Shown: positions 23,854 to 34,200 of the stretch, piece by piece
Layout: every line of letters begins with the position of its first letter
How positions within the stretch are numbered: the first letter of the stretch is position 1
Virus record (IMG/VR): IMGVR_UViG_3300009068_000024
Span: 73,504 to 137,503 of that record
Source: a virus
Length of the DNA: 64,000 nt
Reading direction: 5' to 3' (one strand)
Program-made: the position numbers and the translations under genes
Notes under the pieces: model-generated
Seen by the model: the letters and a program-made list of their open reading frames with translations, nothing else
Database searches by the model: none
What the model was told of the DNA's origin: nothing

Positions 23854-24251
23854 TGGCTAAAACCATAAAAGTGACTTTAGATCACAATAAAATAAATAAT
23901 CTTTTAAACTCCCCTAGAGAAGATGTGGGGAGAGAACTTTCAAGAAGAGCTAAAAGAGTTCAAGTTGCAGCTAAAAGACAGGTTGGAGTTAGAACCGGAA
24001 GACTTAGAAACTCCATACGAGTTTATGGTCACAGTAGAACTGCTAACGGACAACATATGTATATCGGATCTGCCGTTCCGTATGCTCGTCTACATCATGA
24101 TGGCACAAAAAGACATGTAATAGAACCGAAGAGAAAGTCTTATCTTAAGTTTAGAAAGGGTGCGGTCTTTGTTTATAGAAAGAGAGTTAACCATCCTGGT
24201 ACCAAGGCAAATAGGTATTTAACAGATAATTTATACTTATTCTATAGCTAA
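23853..24251 (+). CDS. HK97 gp10-like neck protein
   Basis: VGVRTGRLRNSI, YARLHHDGT, VNHPGT motifs; TAATG coupling places the start at 23853. Confidence 0.7.
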   Translation: MAKTIKVTLDHNKINNLLNSPREDVGRELSRRAKRVQVAAKRQVGVRTGRLRNSIRVYGHSRTANGQHMYIGSAVPYARLHHDGTKRHVIEPKRKSYLKFRKGAVFVYRKRVNHPGTKANRYLTDNLYLFYS

Positions 24252-24296
24252 ATAGCTATAAATACGCAAGTATTCAATACAAACTAAGGATAACAA

Positions 24297-24635
24297 ATGA
24301 CTCGATTTAAAGACTTTGGTACTGGTGATCAGGACCCAAATGCTGAACCAATTTCGTTCAAACTACACGGCCAAGAATTCAAATGCGTAAAGCAGATTCA
24401 AGGCAAAACCATGCTGGAACTTATTTCAGCTAGCTCATCTGATGACCCTAGCAGAAATGCTGATGCAGTAAATATGTTCTTCTCTAAGGTTCTTTTGAAG
24501 GACAGCTACGAACAGTTCCAGGCTCTTCAGGAAGATCCAGAAAAAATTGTTTCGGTTGAAACTCTATCAGAGATCACTTCGTGGCTCATCGAGGAGTATT
24601 CAAGCCGCCCTACAGAGCGGCCATCAGTCTCCTAA
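24297..24635 (+). CDS. Tail assembly chaperone (G-like)
   Basis: AAGGA RBS; 112 aa; first of two overlapping ORFs before the tape measure gene. Confidence 0.75.
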   Translation: MTRFKDFGTGDQDPNAEPISFKLHGQEFKCVKQIQGKTMLELISASSSDDPSRNADAVNMFFSKVLLKDSYEQFQALQEDPEKIVSVETLSEITSWLIEEYSSRPTERPSVS

Positions 24636-25039
24636 GTTGGGGGATTGATCTCTGGCCGTACGTCAACGGAAAGGCATTAGTGAGCGGTCTACAACTTGCA
24701 AGTATGGAAGCATGTGACATGCTTGACGTCCTTCACTATTTCCTCGAAGAAGACTTCAGATACTCTGGCGAATATGAGCCAATTTACAAGGATAACTTTA
24801 GAAAGAATATTTATGATTCTTTGTATGGATCTGACTACAAGTATCTAAGTCAAGATGAAATTAGTCCTGAATTCGATGACATAAGTACACTAGAGGCTCC
24901 AGAGGAAGCTCTCGAGCCCGAAGAGATTATCGAGCCTTTCAATCCGAGAAAAGCTTCGGTAAAACCATATATTGAACCTACCCCGGTATTTGACGGAGAA
25001 CTTCCTTTTGGAAGGCTTCTTGATGAGCCGATGGGTTAA
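24608..25039 (+). CDS. Tail assembly chaperone T-like segment, probably reached by -1 frameshift
   Basis: In the -1 frame relative to the upstream ORF, overlapping its end at CGC-CCT-ACA (24606-24614). Confidence 0.6.
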   Translation, partial: PYRAAISLLSWGIDLWPYVNGKALVSGLQLASMEACDMLDVLHYFLEEDFRYSGEYEPIYKDNFRKNIYDSLYGSDYKYLSQDEISPEFDDISTLEAPEEALEPEEIIEPFNPRKASVKPYIEPTPVFDGELPFGRLLDEPMG

Positions 25040-25065
25040 TTGTAAGAAGGAGGTGAGTCATAGCC

Positions 25066-28000
25066 ATGGTTGGTGTAAATAAAATCGGTGAAGCCGAAAT
25101 TGAAGTAGGAGCCAATACTAAAAAAGCTGATATGCAGCTTGAAGCATTTAGAAGAAGGTTGCAACAAACTGGTCGTGGTTATGACAAACTTTTTAAAGAA
25201 GACATAACTAGGAAATTTTCTGAAAACTTTAGAAAAGGTTTTGAAGTTGGTGTTCTTCGCGGTGTAGAAAAAGGTGAAAATCAATTTTTTCAACTTAATC
25301 GAGGCATAAACGTTGCTGCTTCATCTTTAAATAAGATTAAAGGTCCTGCTGAAATGGCAGCCGATCGTTTTATGAAACTCCAACGTACCGCACTTAAAAT
25401 GCAAGCAGCTTTTGGAACTATAGCCGGAACCATTGGAGATCTAGCTGGAGGTCTTTTATCTGTTGTAGGAGTACTTGGAGCCGCAGCTCCTGCAGCAGTA
25501 GCACTTGGTGGTGCTATGGCATCCGTAGGAGTTGGATTTGTTGGCGTCAAAGTTGCTATGGCAGGTGTCTCGGAGGCCATAACTACGGTTTGGAAATCTC
25601 AAACTGCCTTAAATGATACTTTCCGTGCTGCTGCCCAAGAATATATTGGGTTAAAGTTTGCCGCTGAAGAAGCTGCACTTTCCCAGGAAGACGCGGCTTT
25701 AAAACTTGAGTCTGCACGTGAAGCGTTAGCTCGTGTTCAAGATCTTCCTCCAGATAACCGACTACGTCGTCAGACAGAACTTGCTTTTAAGCAAGCAGAT
25801 TTGCAACTTCGAGAAGCTAAACATAAGAGCGAAGAAGCTTTCAGGGCTGTTAAAAAGGGTATTACAGCTACAAATGCATACCAACCTTTGGCAGCTCTAT
25901 CCGATGTACAACTAGAATTTGTAAAGTTTGTAGTTGCTCTTAGACCGCAAATGCAGCAACTTAAAAAAGAAGTTGCTGAAGGGTTTATTCCTAAACTTAC
26001 AGAATCTATAAATACTGTTATGAAGTATGGATTCCCTATATTTAAAGAAGGACTTAAAGAAGTTGCATCTGCAATGGGAGATGCAACTAAGACTTTTGCA
26101 AGTGCATTTAAAAATCCTCAAAATCTACAGCAGCTAGCTGGTTTCTTTAAAAGTTCTACTGGAATTATTAAAAGTTTTGGTGGAGCTTTAAAGTCATCTT
26201 TTGGTATTCTTATTACTCTTCTTCATGCTTCAGAACCTATAACTAAACGTTTCGCTGATTGGGTAGATAAATATCTTGCAAATCTTGATAAAAAAGTTAA
26301 AGTGGGCAGTTTTACTGGCAGCCTTCAGAGAATGTTTGACCTTGCCGGAGATGTTTCTGCAAGGCTTGGAAAAGCATTTAGCACGGTATTTGATGGAATA
26401 AAAAATATTATTAAAGCAACTTTTCCTAGCGGTCCTAAGAGTGGTGCTGGTGGAGTTTTACTTGATTTTATTGACAGGGTGACTCAGGGATTTGAAAAAT
26501 TTACTGGAAGTAAATCATTTGGTACTTGGCTTGAAAGATCTACTAAGGGTGCTGTATCCGCTTTAGAAACTATCGGTAAGTTTTTAGGTATTTTTGTTGA
26601 CTTAGCTGGTAGTAAAGATACTAAAGCTTTCTGGGACACTCTACAACTTGCTATTCCTTATGTAAAAACTATACTTGAAAATGGTCAAGCGGTCGGTGTG
26701 CAGATTGCAGGTATTTTAGTTGACATAACAAAGATTTTAGCTGCTTTTGGTGATCAAGGTACGCTTGTCACATTTTTTAACTCTCTTAGAGTAATTTTTG
26801 ATGCATTTGCTACTTTTGTAGATTCGCCTATTGTAAAAACAGTAATAGGCTTTCTTGGTCAAATGCATGGACCTCTTCTTGCTATTGCTGGAGTATTAAT
26901 TTTAGCTAAAAAAGGTTTTGAGATACTTTTAGGCTATTTAGCTAAATTTGCAAACATAATGGGCTCTGCCACTATGAAAGTTAGGGCTGCTCAGCAGGCT
27001 CATCAGGCTTGGAACCGAGAAATGAAACTTGGCGGACAAGCAGGAGAAACTTTCTGGCAAAAAATTAAGAGAGCTTCTGCAACAGCTAATAACCAAAAAC
27101 TTTTGGCAATGGGTAGAGAAGCTGGTTTTGCTAAAGATCGTCTAGCTCAGCTAGAACTTCAAATGATTTCCAACTCTAGAACTGCTACTTTGTTCAATGA
27201 GCAAACTCAAGAGAGTACTCATTTAATGCAGTTGGATGCTGCTCAAGCTCAGCAATTGGCCGATAGAATCACCGTTCTTGCTCAAAGGCAGGGTATGGGA
27301 GAGGAAGAGCTAAAGCAGTTAAATGCGCAGCTTAAGGCAAATATTGAAGCTACTAAAGGTGCAAGCATATCTAATCAAGCACTGCTTGCTGGAACTGGAT
27401 TTGAAAATGGTAAGTACAAAGCCCCATATGTAAATATGAATAGTGCTGGTGCTTATGGTCAACCTATGTATGCTGGTGGAGCTAACCCTAATCTAGTTCT
27501 TACAGGTGGTAAAGCTGGATTCAGAGCTGCTGGATCCGCTGTAAAAGGACTATTTAAAGGCATTGGTGGGGGTGGTATCGCTGGTGGTATAGGTATGGGT
27601 CTTACAGCAGCTAGCGGATTATTTGGTCTTGGTACAGGTCAAATGGGCCCTGTTGGTGCAACCACTCAGGCTCTTGCCGGTGTTGCTTCTATGTTTGGTC
27701 CCGGTGGTATGGTTGTCGGTGGTCTTTTATCAGTTGGTGGAACTATTGTTGATGGAATTATAGCTGCAGAAGCTAAACGTCAACAGAATATTAAAGAATT
27801 TAAAATTATAACTGCAAACATGTCAGTTGAAAATTTGAATAGTATCAAGTCATTTGGTGCAAAAGCTGCAGCTGCCGGATTTGCTGGAACTACAGCACTA
27901 GGAACCTTAAGAGCCGGAAGCTTCTCTGAGGCAGCTAGCCAGATGGTTATAGATAATCCAGATATAGGATTAACTAAATCTAAACTACAGCAATCTTTGC

Positions 28001-29259
28001 AAGATTTTGCTATAAGTAATAAGAGGGCTTATCAATTATCTGGAGTTGAGGCTAACCGAACTGCTCTTTTGACTGCAGTTGGAGACCTTAAGAAGAGTTC
28101 TAGTTTAAATGTTCAAGAAATTTCAGGAGCCTTAGGATCTTTATCTTCTATAACTGCTAAGACTCAAAAGGGTGTTTTAGAAGGATTAGTAGGAACCGGT
28201 TTAGTTGGAAAATTAGATATTCCAACTTTAACAAAAGATCTTGCATACAATGAAAAAGGTTTATTAACCTCTGCATCTTTCCAAAAACTTTTAACGGACA
28301 TTTCTAAAATATCCGCCGGTCAACAAATAGAAGTTCCAACTGACAACCCTCCTCTTGGAACTCCTGGACTAAATGATGTGAGAACTAATAAATTTACTCC
28401 AATATCTGCTACTCAAATTAATCCAAACATATATGACTCTTCAGATTTTAGAGGATATAGCAATGTACAGCTAGCTGCTGCTGGCAAGTTTAAATTAGCA
28501 CCTGGTTCGAGAGATATTGCAAAAGAAGCTATTGGAGATTTATTTACTAATAAAAAAGATCTTTTTACAATAAAAGATGGAAAAGTAATCTTTAAAAACT
28601 TAACTACTCAGAACCAAAGCGCTACTGCTGTTGCTAACTTAGCTGGAGCTCTTACTGGAACTCGTGGAAGCATAACTGCAGAAAATAGAGCATATAAACA
28701 ATACAACAATGTTATTTATTCTCCGGATGATTTAAAAAAACTTCAAAGAACTAATACGGCTCTGTATAACGCAGTAGTACAGAGCCGAACTCAGGTTGAA
28801 ACCGGGTATAACGTGGCTGGACAATTCTTCAGTGATGTGTTGCTTCAAAAAGCTCTTAGTAAAATTACGGTTAAAACTGCAGATGGATCTACTGTAAATG
28901 CTTTTGAAGCTTTAGGATCTGGAGGTTTAAAAACTCTTGGTAAAATTGGAGCTGCGACAACTGCTGGAACAACTGGAAACCCTATTCTCGATGCGGCAAA
29001 TGCTAGTGACGCCAAGCAATTAGATACTTTTAAAACAGCCGGTGCTGACATGAAAAGTGGTGCCGCTGAGATAGGTAAAGCTGCCGCTAAATTTGAAGGC
29101 TATGGCGATCTTATTAAAGACAATACAAATAGAGCTATTGCTTTTGCTGTAGTAGCCAGCTCTACTCAAGGAAAGTCAGCTTTAAACTCTGGAAATGTGG
29201 ATAAAATTAATAACTTGATAAATATGGAATTGAAGAAACTAGGATTGAGTACCGAATAA
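25066..29259 (+). CDS. Tape measure protein
   Basis: 1397 aa, A/G-rich helical with hydrophobic segments; AGGAGGTGA RBS; follows the chaperones. Confidence 0.9.
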   Translation: MVGVNKIGEAEIEVGANTKKADMQLEAFRRRLQQTGRGYDKLFKEDITRKFSENFRKGFEVGVLRGVEKGENQFFQLNRGINVAASSLNKIKGPAEMAADRFMKLQRTALKMQAAFGTIAGTIGDLAGGLLSVVGVLGAAAPAAVALGGAMASVGVGFVGVKVAMAGVSEAITTVWKSQTALNDTFRAAAQEYIGLKFAAEEAALSQEDAALKLESAREALARVQDLPPDNRLRRQTELAFKQADLQLREAKHKSEEAFRAVKKGITATNAYQPLAALSDVQLEFVKFVVALRPQMQQLKKEVAEGFIPKLTESINTVMKYGFPIFKEGLKEVASAMGDATKTFASAFKNPQNLQQLAGFFKSSTGIIKSFGGALKSSFGILITLLHASEPITKRFADWVDKYLANLDKKVKVGSFTGSLQRMFDLAGDVSARLGKAFSTVFDGIKNIIKATFPSGPKSGAGGVLLDFIDRVTQGFEKFTGSKSFGTWLERSTKGAVSALETIGKFLGIFVDLAGSKDTKAFWDTLQLAIPYVKTILENGQAVGVQIAGILVDITKILAAFGDQGTLVTFFNSLRVIFDAFATFVDSPIVKTVIGFLGQMHGPLLAIAGVLILAKKGFEILLGYLAKFANIMGSATMKVRAAQQAHQAWNREMKLGGQAGETFWQKIKRASATANNQKLLAMGREAGFAKDRLAQLELQMISNSRTATLFNEQTQESTHLMQLDAAQAQQLADRITVLAQRQGMGEEELKQLNAQLKANIEATKGASISNQALLAGTGFENGKYKAPYVNMNSAGAYGQPMYAGGANPNLVLTGGKAGFRAAGSAVKGLFKGIGGGGIAGGIGMGLTAASGLFGLGTGQMGPVGATTQALAGVASMFGPGGMVVGGLLSVGGTIVDGIIAAEAKRQQNIKEFKIITANMSVENLNSIKSFGAKAAAAGFAGTTALGTLRAGSFSEAASQMVIDNPDIGLTKSKLQQSLQDFAISNKRAYQLSGVEANRTALLTAVGDLKKSSSLNVQEISGALGSLSSITAKTQKGVLEGLVGTGLVGKLDIPTLTKDLAYNEKGLLTSASFQKLLTDISKISAGQQIEVPTDNPPLGTPGLNDVRTNKFTPISATQINPNIYDSSDFRGYSNVQLAAAGKFKLAPGSRDIAKEAIGDLFTNKKDLFTIKDGKVIFKNLTTQNQSATAVANLAGALTGTRGSITAENRAYKQYNNVIYSPDDLKKLQRTNTALYNAVVQSRTQVETGYNVAGQFFSDVLLQKALSKITVKTADGSTVNAFEALGSGGLKTLGKIGAATTAGTTGNPILDAANASDAKQLDTFKTAGADMKSGAAEIGKAAAKFEGYGDLIKDNTNRAIAFAVVASSTQGKSALNSGNVDKINNLINMELKKLGLSTE

Positions 29260-31217
29260 TGGCACGTACAAACTTAATCACTAATGCTTCATTTAGAACG
29301 GCTTCTACCGGAACTACCGGCTGGTCAGCCTTATCTACTGCATCTATCGTAAGAGCCACTACCGGTGGGTTTATTGGGGAATCTTGCTTACAGGTTTACA
29401 GCGTAACGTCTACGTCAACTGGTGTAGTTCTTACCGACTACATAACTATAGATGAGTCGAAAGATTACTCTATATCTGCATATTTGAAAATAGCTTCTAC
29501 AGCTGTAGCCGGATCTATAACAATGACTATTACTTGGTACAACTCTAGTAGCTCGTCTGTCTTATCTTCAACCGCGACTTTAGCTGTTCCAGCTGACGGT
29601 GCTTGGTATAGAATCGGTGAAACAGTTCTTGCTGCAACTATCCCCGCTACTGCTGTAAAAGCTAAAGTTCAGTTTACCCCTACAACGTCTAGCACAATAA
29701 CTAGCTTTAGCCTAGATGCTATTCTTTTTGAGCAAGATTCATATATTGAAGAATTTTATGAAGACTTTGATCAAGTTCCAAGCACCATTCAAAGTCAGGT
29801 AGAAACTAAAGATTCTACAATTCTTGCTGCATCTAAACAAGCACTTGAAAATAATATTGTCAATGCAGCTCTACGTAAGATGCCTACTCCGTATATTAGC
29901 GGACTTAAGCTGAATGCGGACATCAACATCAACGGGCTTGTGCTTAACACGATAGATGAAAATAACGTTGTTTGGGTTTGCACCGATATTAAAGGTTGGT
30001 GGACTCTTCCTGATACTGACGTTCCAGATATTGCACGTGGTTTAGACGATGGTTCATATGACGTTCGTGGACGTTGGAAAGCTAGGGTTATAACTCTTGA
30101 AGGATCTATTCTTCCCCCGCATCCAAACTATATAGCTGCTGCAAGATCTAAACTAATTTCTGCTCTTTCTTCCTTGGTTTACTTAGGAGGTACCTTGTCT
30201 GTAGATGAAGGACCTGTAAAAGTAGCCAAAGTATTTATGATCGGCCAGCCAACAATGGATGTTAAAAATGCTCGTGGACGTATAGATTTCAGTGTTCAAC
30301 TTCGTGCTGGTGATCCTGTTAAATATGAATGGAACTATGAGGCGACTGATGGTTACTACTCAGCTACACCTTTTCCATATAAAGTTTCTGGGTCTATATC
30401 AAACGTCTCCCAGGGAGCTGGAATTCGTAGGTATTACGCAACTAATACTTTTGTTGTGGGTGAGTACGTAACTATTTCAGGAGTGAGTCCATCAGGATAT
30501 AATACAACTTCCACTTCTCCAGTAGCTATTACTAACGTAGATCCAAGTGGTGCTTGGTTTGAAACAGCCGGTACTTCAGCTGGAGCATTTTCAAGCTCTG
30601 CCGGAACTGCAAAGCTAGCTTATTCATCTACATCTATTACCAACAGTGGAAATACGTCTGTTCCGACTATTGTAACTATTACTGGACCGATGTCTAGTGG
30701 AAGTTATATAAACAATCTTACTAATTCAACTTCTATAAAATTAGTTAAACAGTTAAGACCGGCAGGTTATTCTGTGCCTATTGGCTATGTATCTAGATTT
30801 AGCAATGTGGCAACTTTAACTACCTCAAACTCAACTGGTCACGGGTTATTTGTAGGAGATACTGTCACCATTTCTATTAGCGGTTACGGATCTTTTAATG
30901 ATAATCCAGCAACTGTTACTTCAGTTACTACAAATACTTTTACATACGCATCGTCCGGTGCTGATTTGTCGGCTACCAGTGTGTCTAGCTCTACGGCTAC
31001 TCTATTAAATGCTGATACTGCTGTAATTGATACTTACAATCAAACTGTAAAATATCGCGGAATAGCTGACGCTGGACGTTCTATTTTAGATGCAAATATA
31101 GATTGGTTAAGGCTAGTTCCAGGAACTAATACAATTCGAGTTCAAACGCAGGATACTTCGGTATCAGATACGACTACAAAAGTGGTTGTCCAATACCGTT
31201 CCGGCTGGATCGGTTAG
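29259..31217 (+). CDS. Distal tail (Dit-like) protein with N-terminal carbohydrate-binding-like module
   Basis: Follows TMP; GWW.LPD..ARG.DDG, R.ITLEG, FSVQLRAGDP.KY, WLRLVPGTN..YRSGW motifs. Confidence 0.75.
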   Translation: MARTNLITNASFRTASTGTTGWSALSTASIVRATTGGFIGESCLQVYSVTSTSTGVVLTDYITIDESKDYSISAYLKIASTAVAGSITMTITWYNSSSSSVLSSTATLAVPADGAWYRIGETVLAATIPATAVKAKVQFTPTTSSTITSFSLDAILFEQDSYIEEFYEDFDQVPSTIQSQVETKDSTILAASKQALENNIVNAALRKMPTPYISGLKLNADININGLVLNTIDENNVVWVCTDIKGWWTLPDTDVPDIARGLDDGSYDVRGRWKARVITLEGSILPPHPNYIAAARSKLISALSSLVYLGGTLSVDEGPVKVAKVFMIGQPTMDVKNARGRIDFSVQLRAGDPVKYEWNYEATDGYYSATPFPYKVSGSISNVSQGAGIRRYYATNTFVVGEYVTISGVSPSGYNTTSTSPVAITNVDPSGAWFETAGTSAGAFSSSAGTAKLAYSSTSITNSGNTSVPTIVTITGPMSSGSYINNLTNSTSIKLVKQLRPAGYSVPIGYVSRFSNVATLTTSNSTGHGLFVGDTVTISISGYGSFNDNPATVTSVTTNTFTYASSGADLSATSVSSSTATLLNADTAVIDTYNQTVKYRGIADAGRSILDANIDWLRLVPGTNTIRVQTQDTSVSDTTTKVVVQYRSGWIG

Positions 31218-31249
31218 AATAGATACAACGACAATTACGTGAGGTCTAG

Positions 31250-34200
31250 ATGACAGAAGCATATCCAATAGGTACGTCTGCTACAGCAGCTAAGTACACC
31301 TACTATGCCGTTGATATTGTGTCTAATAAAATTCTTGCTCAGATCCCTTTTGAAGACGTTATTTATGAAAGAACTTTAAAAGGTTCAGGAAGTTTTGATG
31401 GAAAGATTTCTATCAATAAACAGACTAAAGATCTTGATCTATACAACTCTTTGCTTCCAGGAAAATCTGCTCTTTACGTTGTTCGTAATGGCGTTTGTAT
31501 GTGGGGCGGTATTATTTGGGGTAGAACCTATGATCTTTTTGGAAGGTCTCTAAACGTCACTGCTTCGGAGTTTACTAGCTATTTAAAGCATCGTATTATA
31601 TGGAAAACATATTCTTATCAATTTACGGCTAATGTATTTAAACAAACAAAAGATCTTCCAGCTATAGTTTCTTTGCAAAATACTAGCAATATAAACTTAA
31701 AAATTCCTATTAAAGTTTTAGATGACTATGGAAATTTAAACACCGTTTACGTTAGCTTTACTAGATCTGATTTGATTCAATACAACGGATACTATCCGCT
31801 GTCTTCTTCTACTACCCCAACAACAACTAAATTTGCCATAACTATTCCAAATATTCCGTCTGGAACTTATACAGACGTGAGTATTTCTGTACGAGTTGAT
31901 ACCTACGAATATCTAAAAGAGTTGATGAAGGAGGCTGCTCAAGACTTTATTGACACTCAATTTGCTAATGAGATTATTACTCCAGGAGTTAAGATTCCAT
32001 ATGAAATTACTAATAAAGTTGCTAGTGGGGGGGTTGTAACCCTAACTACGTCTACTAACCATGATTTGGTGCCGGGTCAAAACGTAGAGATACGAAATGT
32101 AGACGAGAGCGTAGATGGTAATCGTTTAATTTTTGATACTCCTAGCAGTAATACTTTTAGTGTAACTGTTCCTGCCTACAATATAACTAAAGTATCTGCT
32201 AGTGCAACTACTGCAACTGTAGTTGTTGACGTAGTAGACACAAATGACTTATTTAAATTAAGATCTGGCAGTAAAGTGACTATCACCGGTGTTCCAACTT
32301 TTAATGGATATAATTATTTTAATTTTTCAAATGTTAAAATACTTAGCGTAACTAACAATAATACATTTACTTATGCAATAACTAATCCTCGTGGATCTGT
32401 TACTATCACAAATGCCACATCAACTTCTTCTTTAATCACATACACTGGAACAAATACTTTTTCTGTAGGAGATTATGTAACTGTAAAAAATGCAAATAAG
32501 GATAAATTAAACGTAATAAATAGCATTGTAACGTTTGCAAACGGAACTACATTTAAAGTGGCTAATCCTTATGGATCGGTTATTGCCGGTGGGTATAAAT
32601 CAAACTCAGCTACTGCTTACGCGGGAGTGAACACTGCTTCAGGATCTCCAGGAGTTGTTTCTCAGGTAGCTATTCCATCTACTAATATATACACCAATAA
32701 ATATGAAGTAGCTACTAGGGCTTTAAAAACTACTAAACCATATGGCGTGACTTCGGCTAAGAGATCTTATAATGCTGATAAAAGTCTTTTCATAGTCACT
32801 CTTCAATTATCTTTAAGTAAGAGTAGAACTTTTCCTTTTGTTAAAGGAGATACTATAACCACTAGCCTTGCCGGTGACACTAAAAAAGATGTTAATGATA
32901 ATTATATGTACACTGCTTTAACAAATGGAGATGGAGGAGGAGTTGTTCTCACATCCGTGGATGCCGCTAAAAAAACTGTTTCATATGAGCTTACTGGGGT
33001 GTCTACTACAAAAGAAGATGGTACCACTTATCTAGCAGAGCAAACGACTTTTACTACGCTAGCTGGTACAAATACCATAAATTATGCAAATGCAATAACT
33101 GAAGTAGAACTAGGTATCTCGGAGGAAACTCCTCTTAGAACTGATATGTATGTGTATGTTACTGGTGTAGACGGAGCTGGTTGGAGCCAACCACTTTATA
33201 ACGGATTCCATAAAGTAAGTGCTGTCTCTAATACCGATCCTGATACCAACGTAGTTAGTACAAAAATTACTCACTACTCTACACTTGCCGGAATAGCTAC
33301 TTTATACACTAGTAAAAACAACAGCTTTGTCAATGACAATATGCTTACTGTAGCCGGATTCACTGGCTCACTTACTTTTTTAAATGGTTCATTTAAAATA
33401 ATTGATTCAATACAAGGACCTTTAGATCGTTCAAGTTATGTTACTTACTCCATAGATGACAATATTACTAGGGCTAAAACAGCAACAGCCGCTGGTGTAA
33501 CGGGTAGGGTTAAGGGTCAAAATATATTTAGATATGATCTTCCAGAATACGGACCCATGGGTGAGCCAGATGGGGCATACACTGTAACGGAGTACAAAGT
33601 GTATGGTTATGCTGACGATGCAACTGATAAAAGATCTACAGTAAGAATAAAAACCCAGGTTCCGGTTAAATTTAACGTTGGAGATTCTGTATATGTAGCT
33701 ATTGGAGTTGCTGCTGCTGATGGTACTCACAAGGTTGCAACTATTTCTCCAACAAGAGACTCGTTTACCTATAGAGCTTTAGCAATTAATTCAGCTAAGT
33801 ATGCAGCTGGAGATGAAAAATATAAAACTACTAGTGGAACGGTTACAAGAACTAGTGCTCAGTTAGATCAACAAAGTTTAAAATACATGATAACTATTTC
33901 TGGCGTAAGCTGTGAAAACAATGTGGTTACAGTTAGAAAAGATAATCATCAATTCAGTGTTGAAGACTCTATTGATTTAGTGTTTCCTACAGCTTTTCAA
34001 GATTACGACAACAATGGATATAAAGCCACTATTCAATCTGTAGACAATAATAGTTTTACTTATACTCTTACTAATTTTAGAACTGGAGTAACTACTGCAC
34101 CAACATCAGGAGTTGCTCAGATATCTAAATATCAGTTTACAAAAAATACTTCAAATAAAAAATCTGGAACTATAAGATTTACAACAGTTGCTGAGCATTA

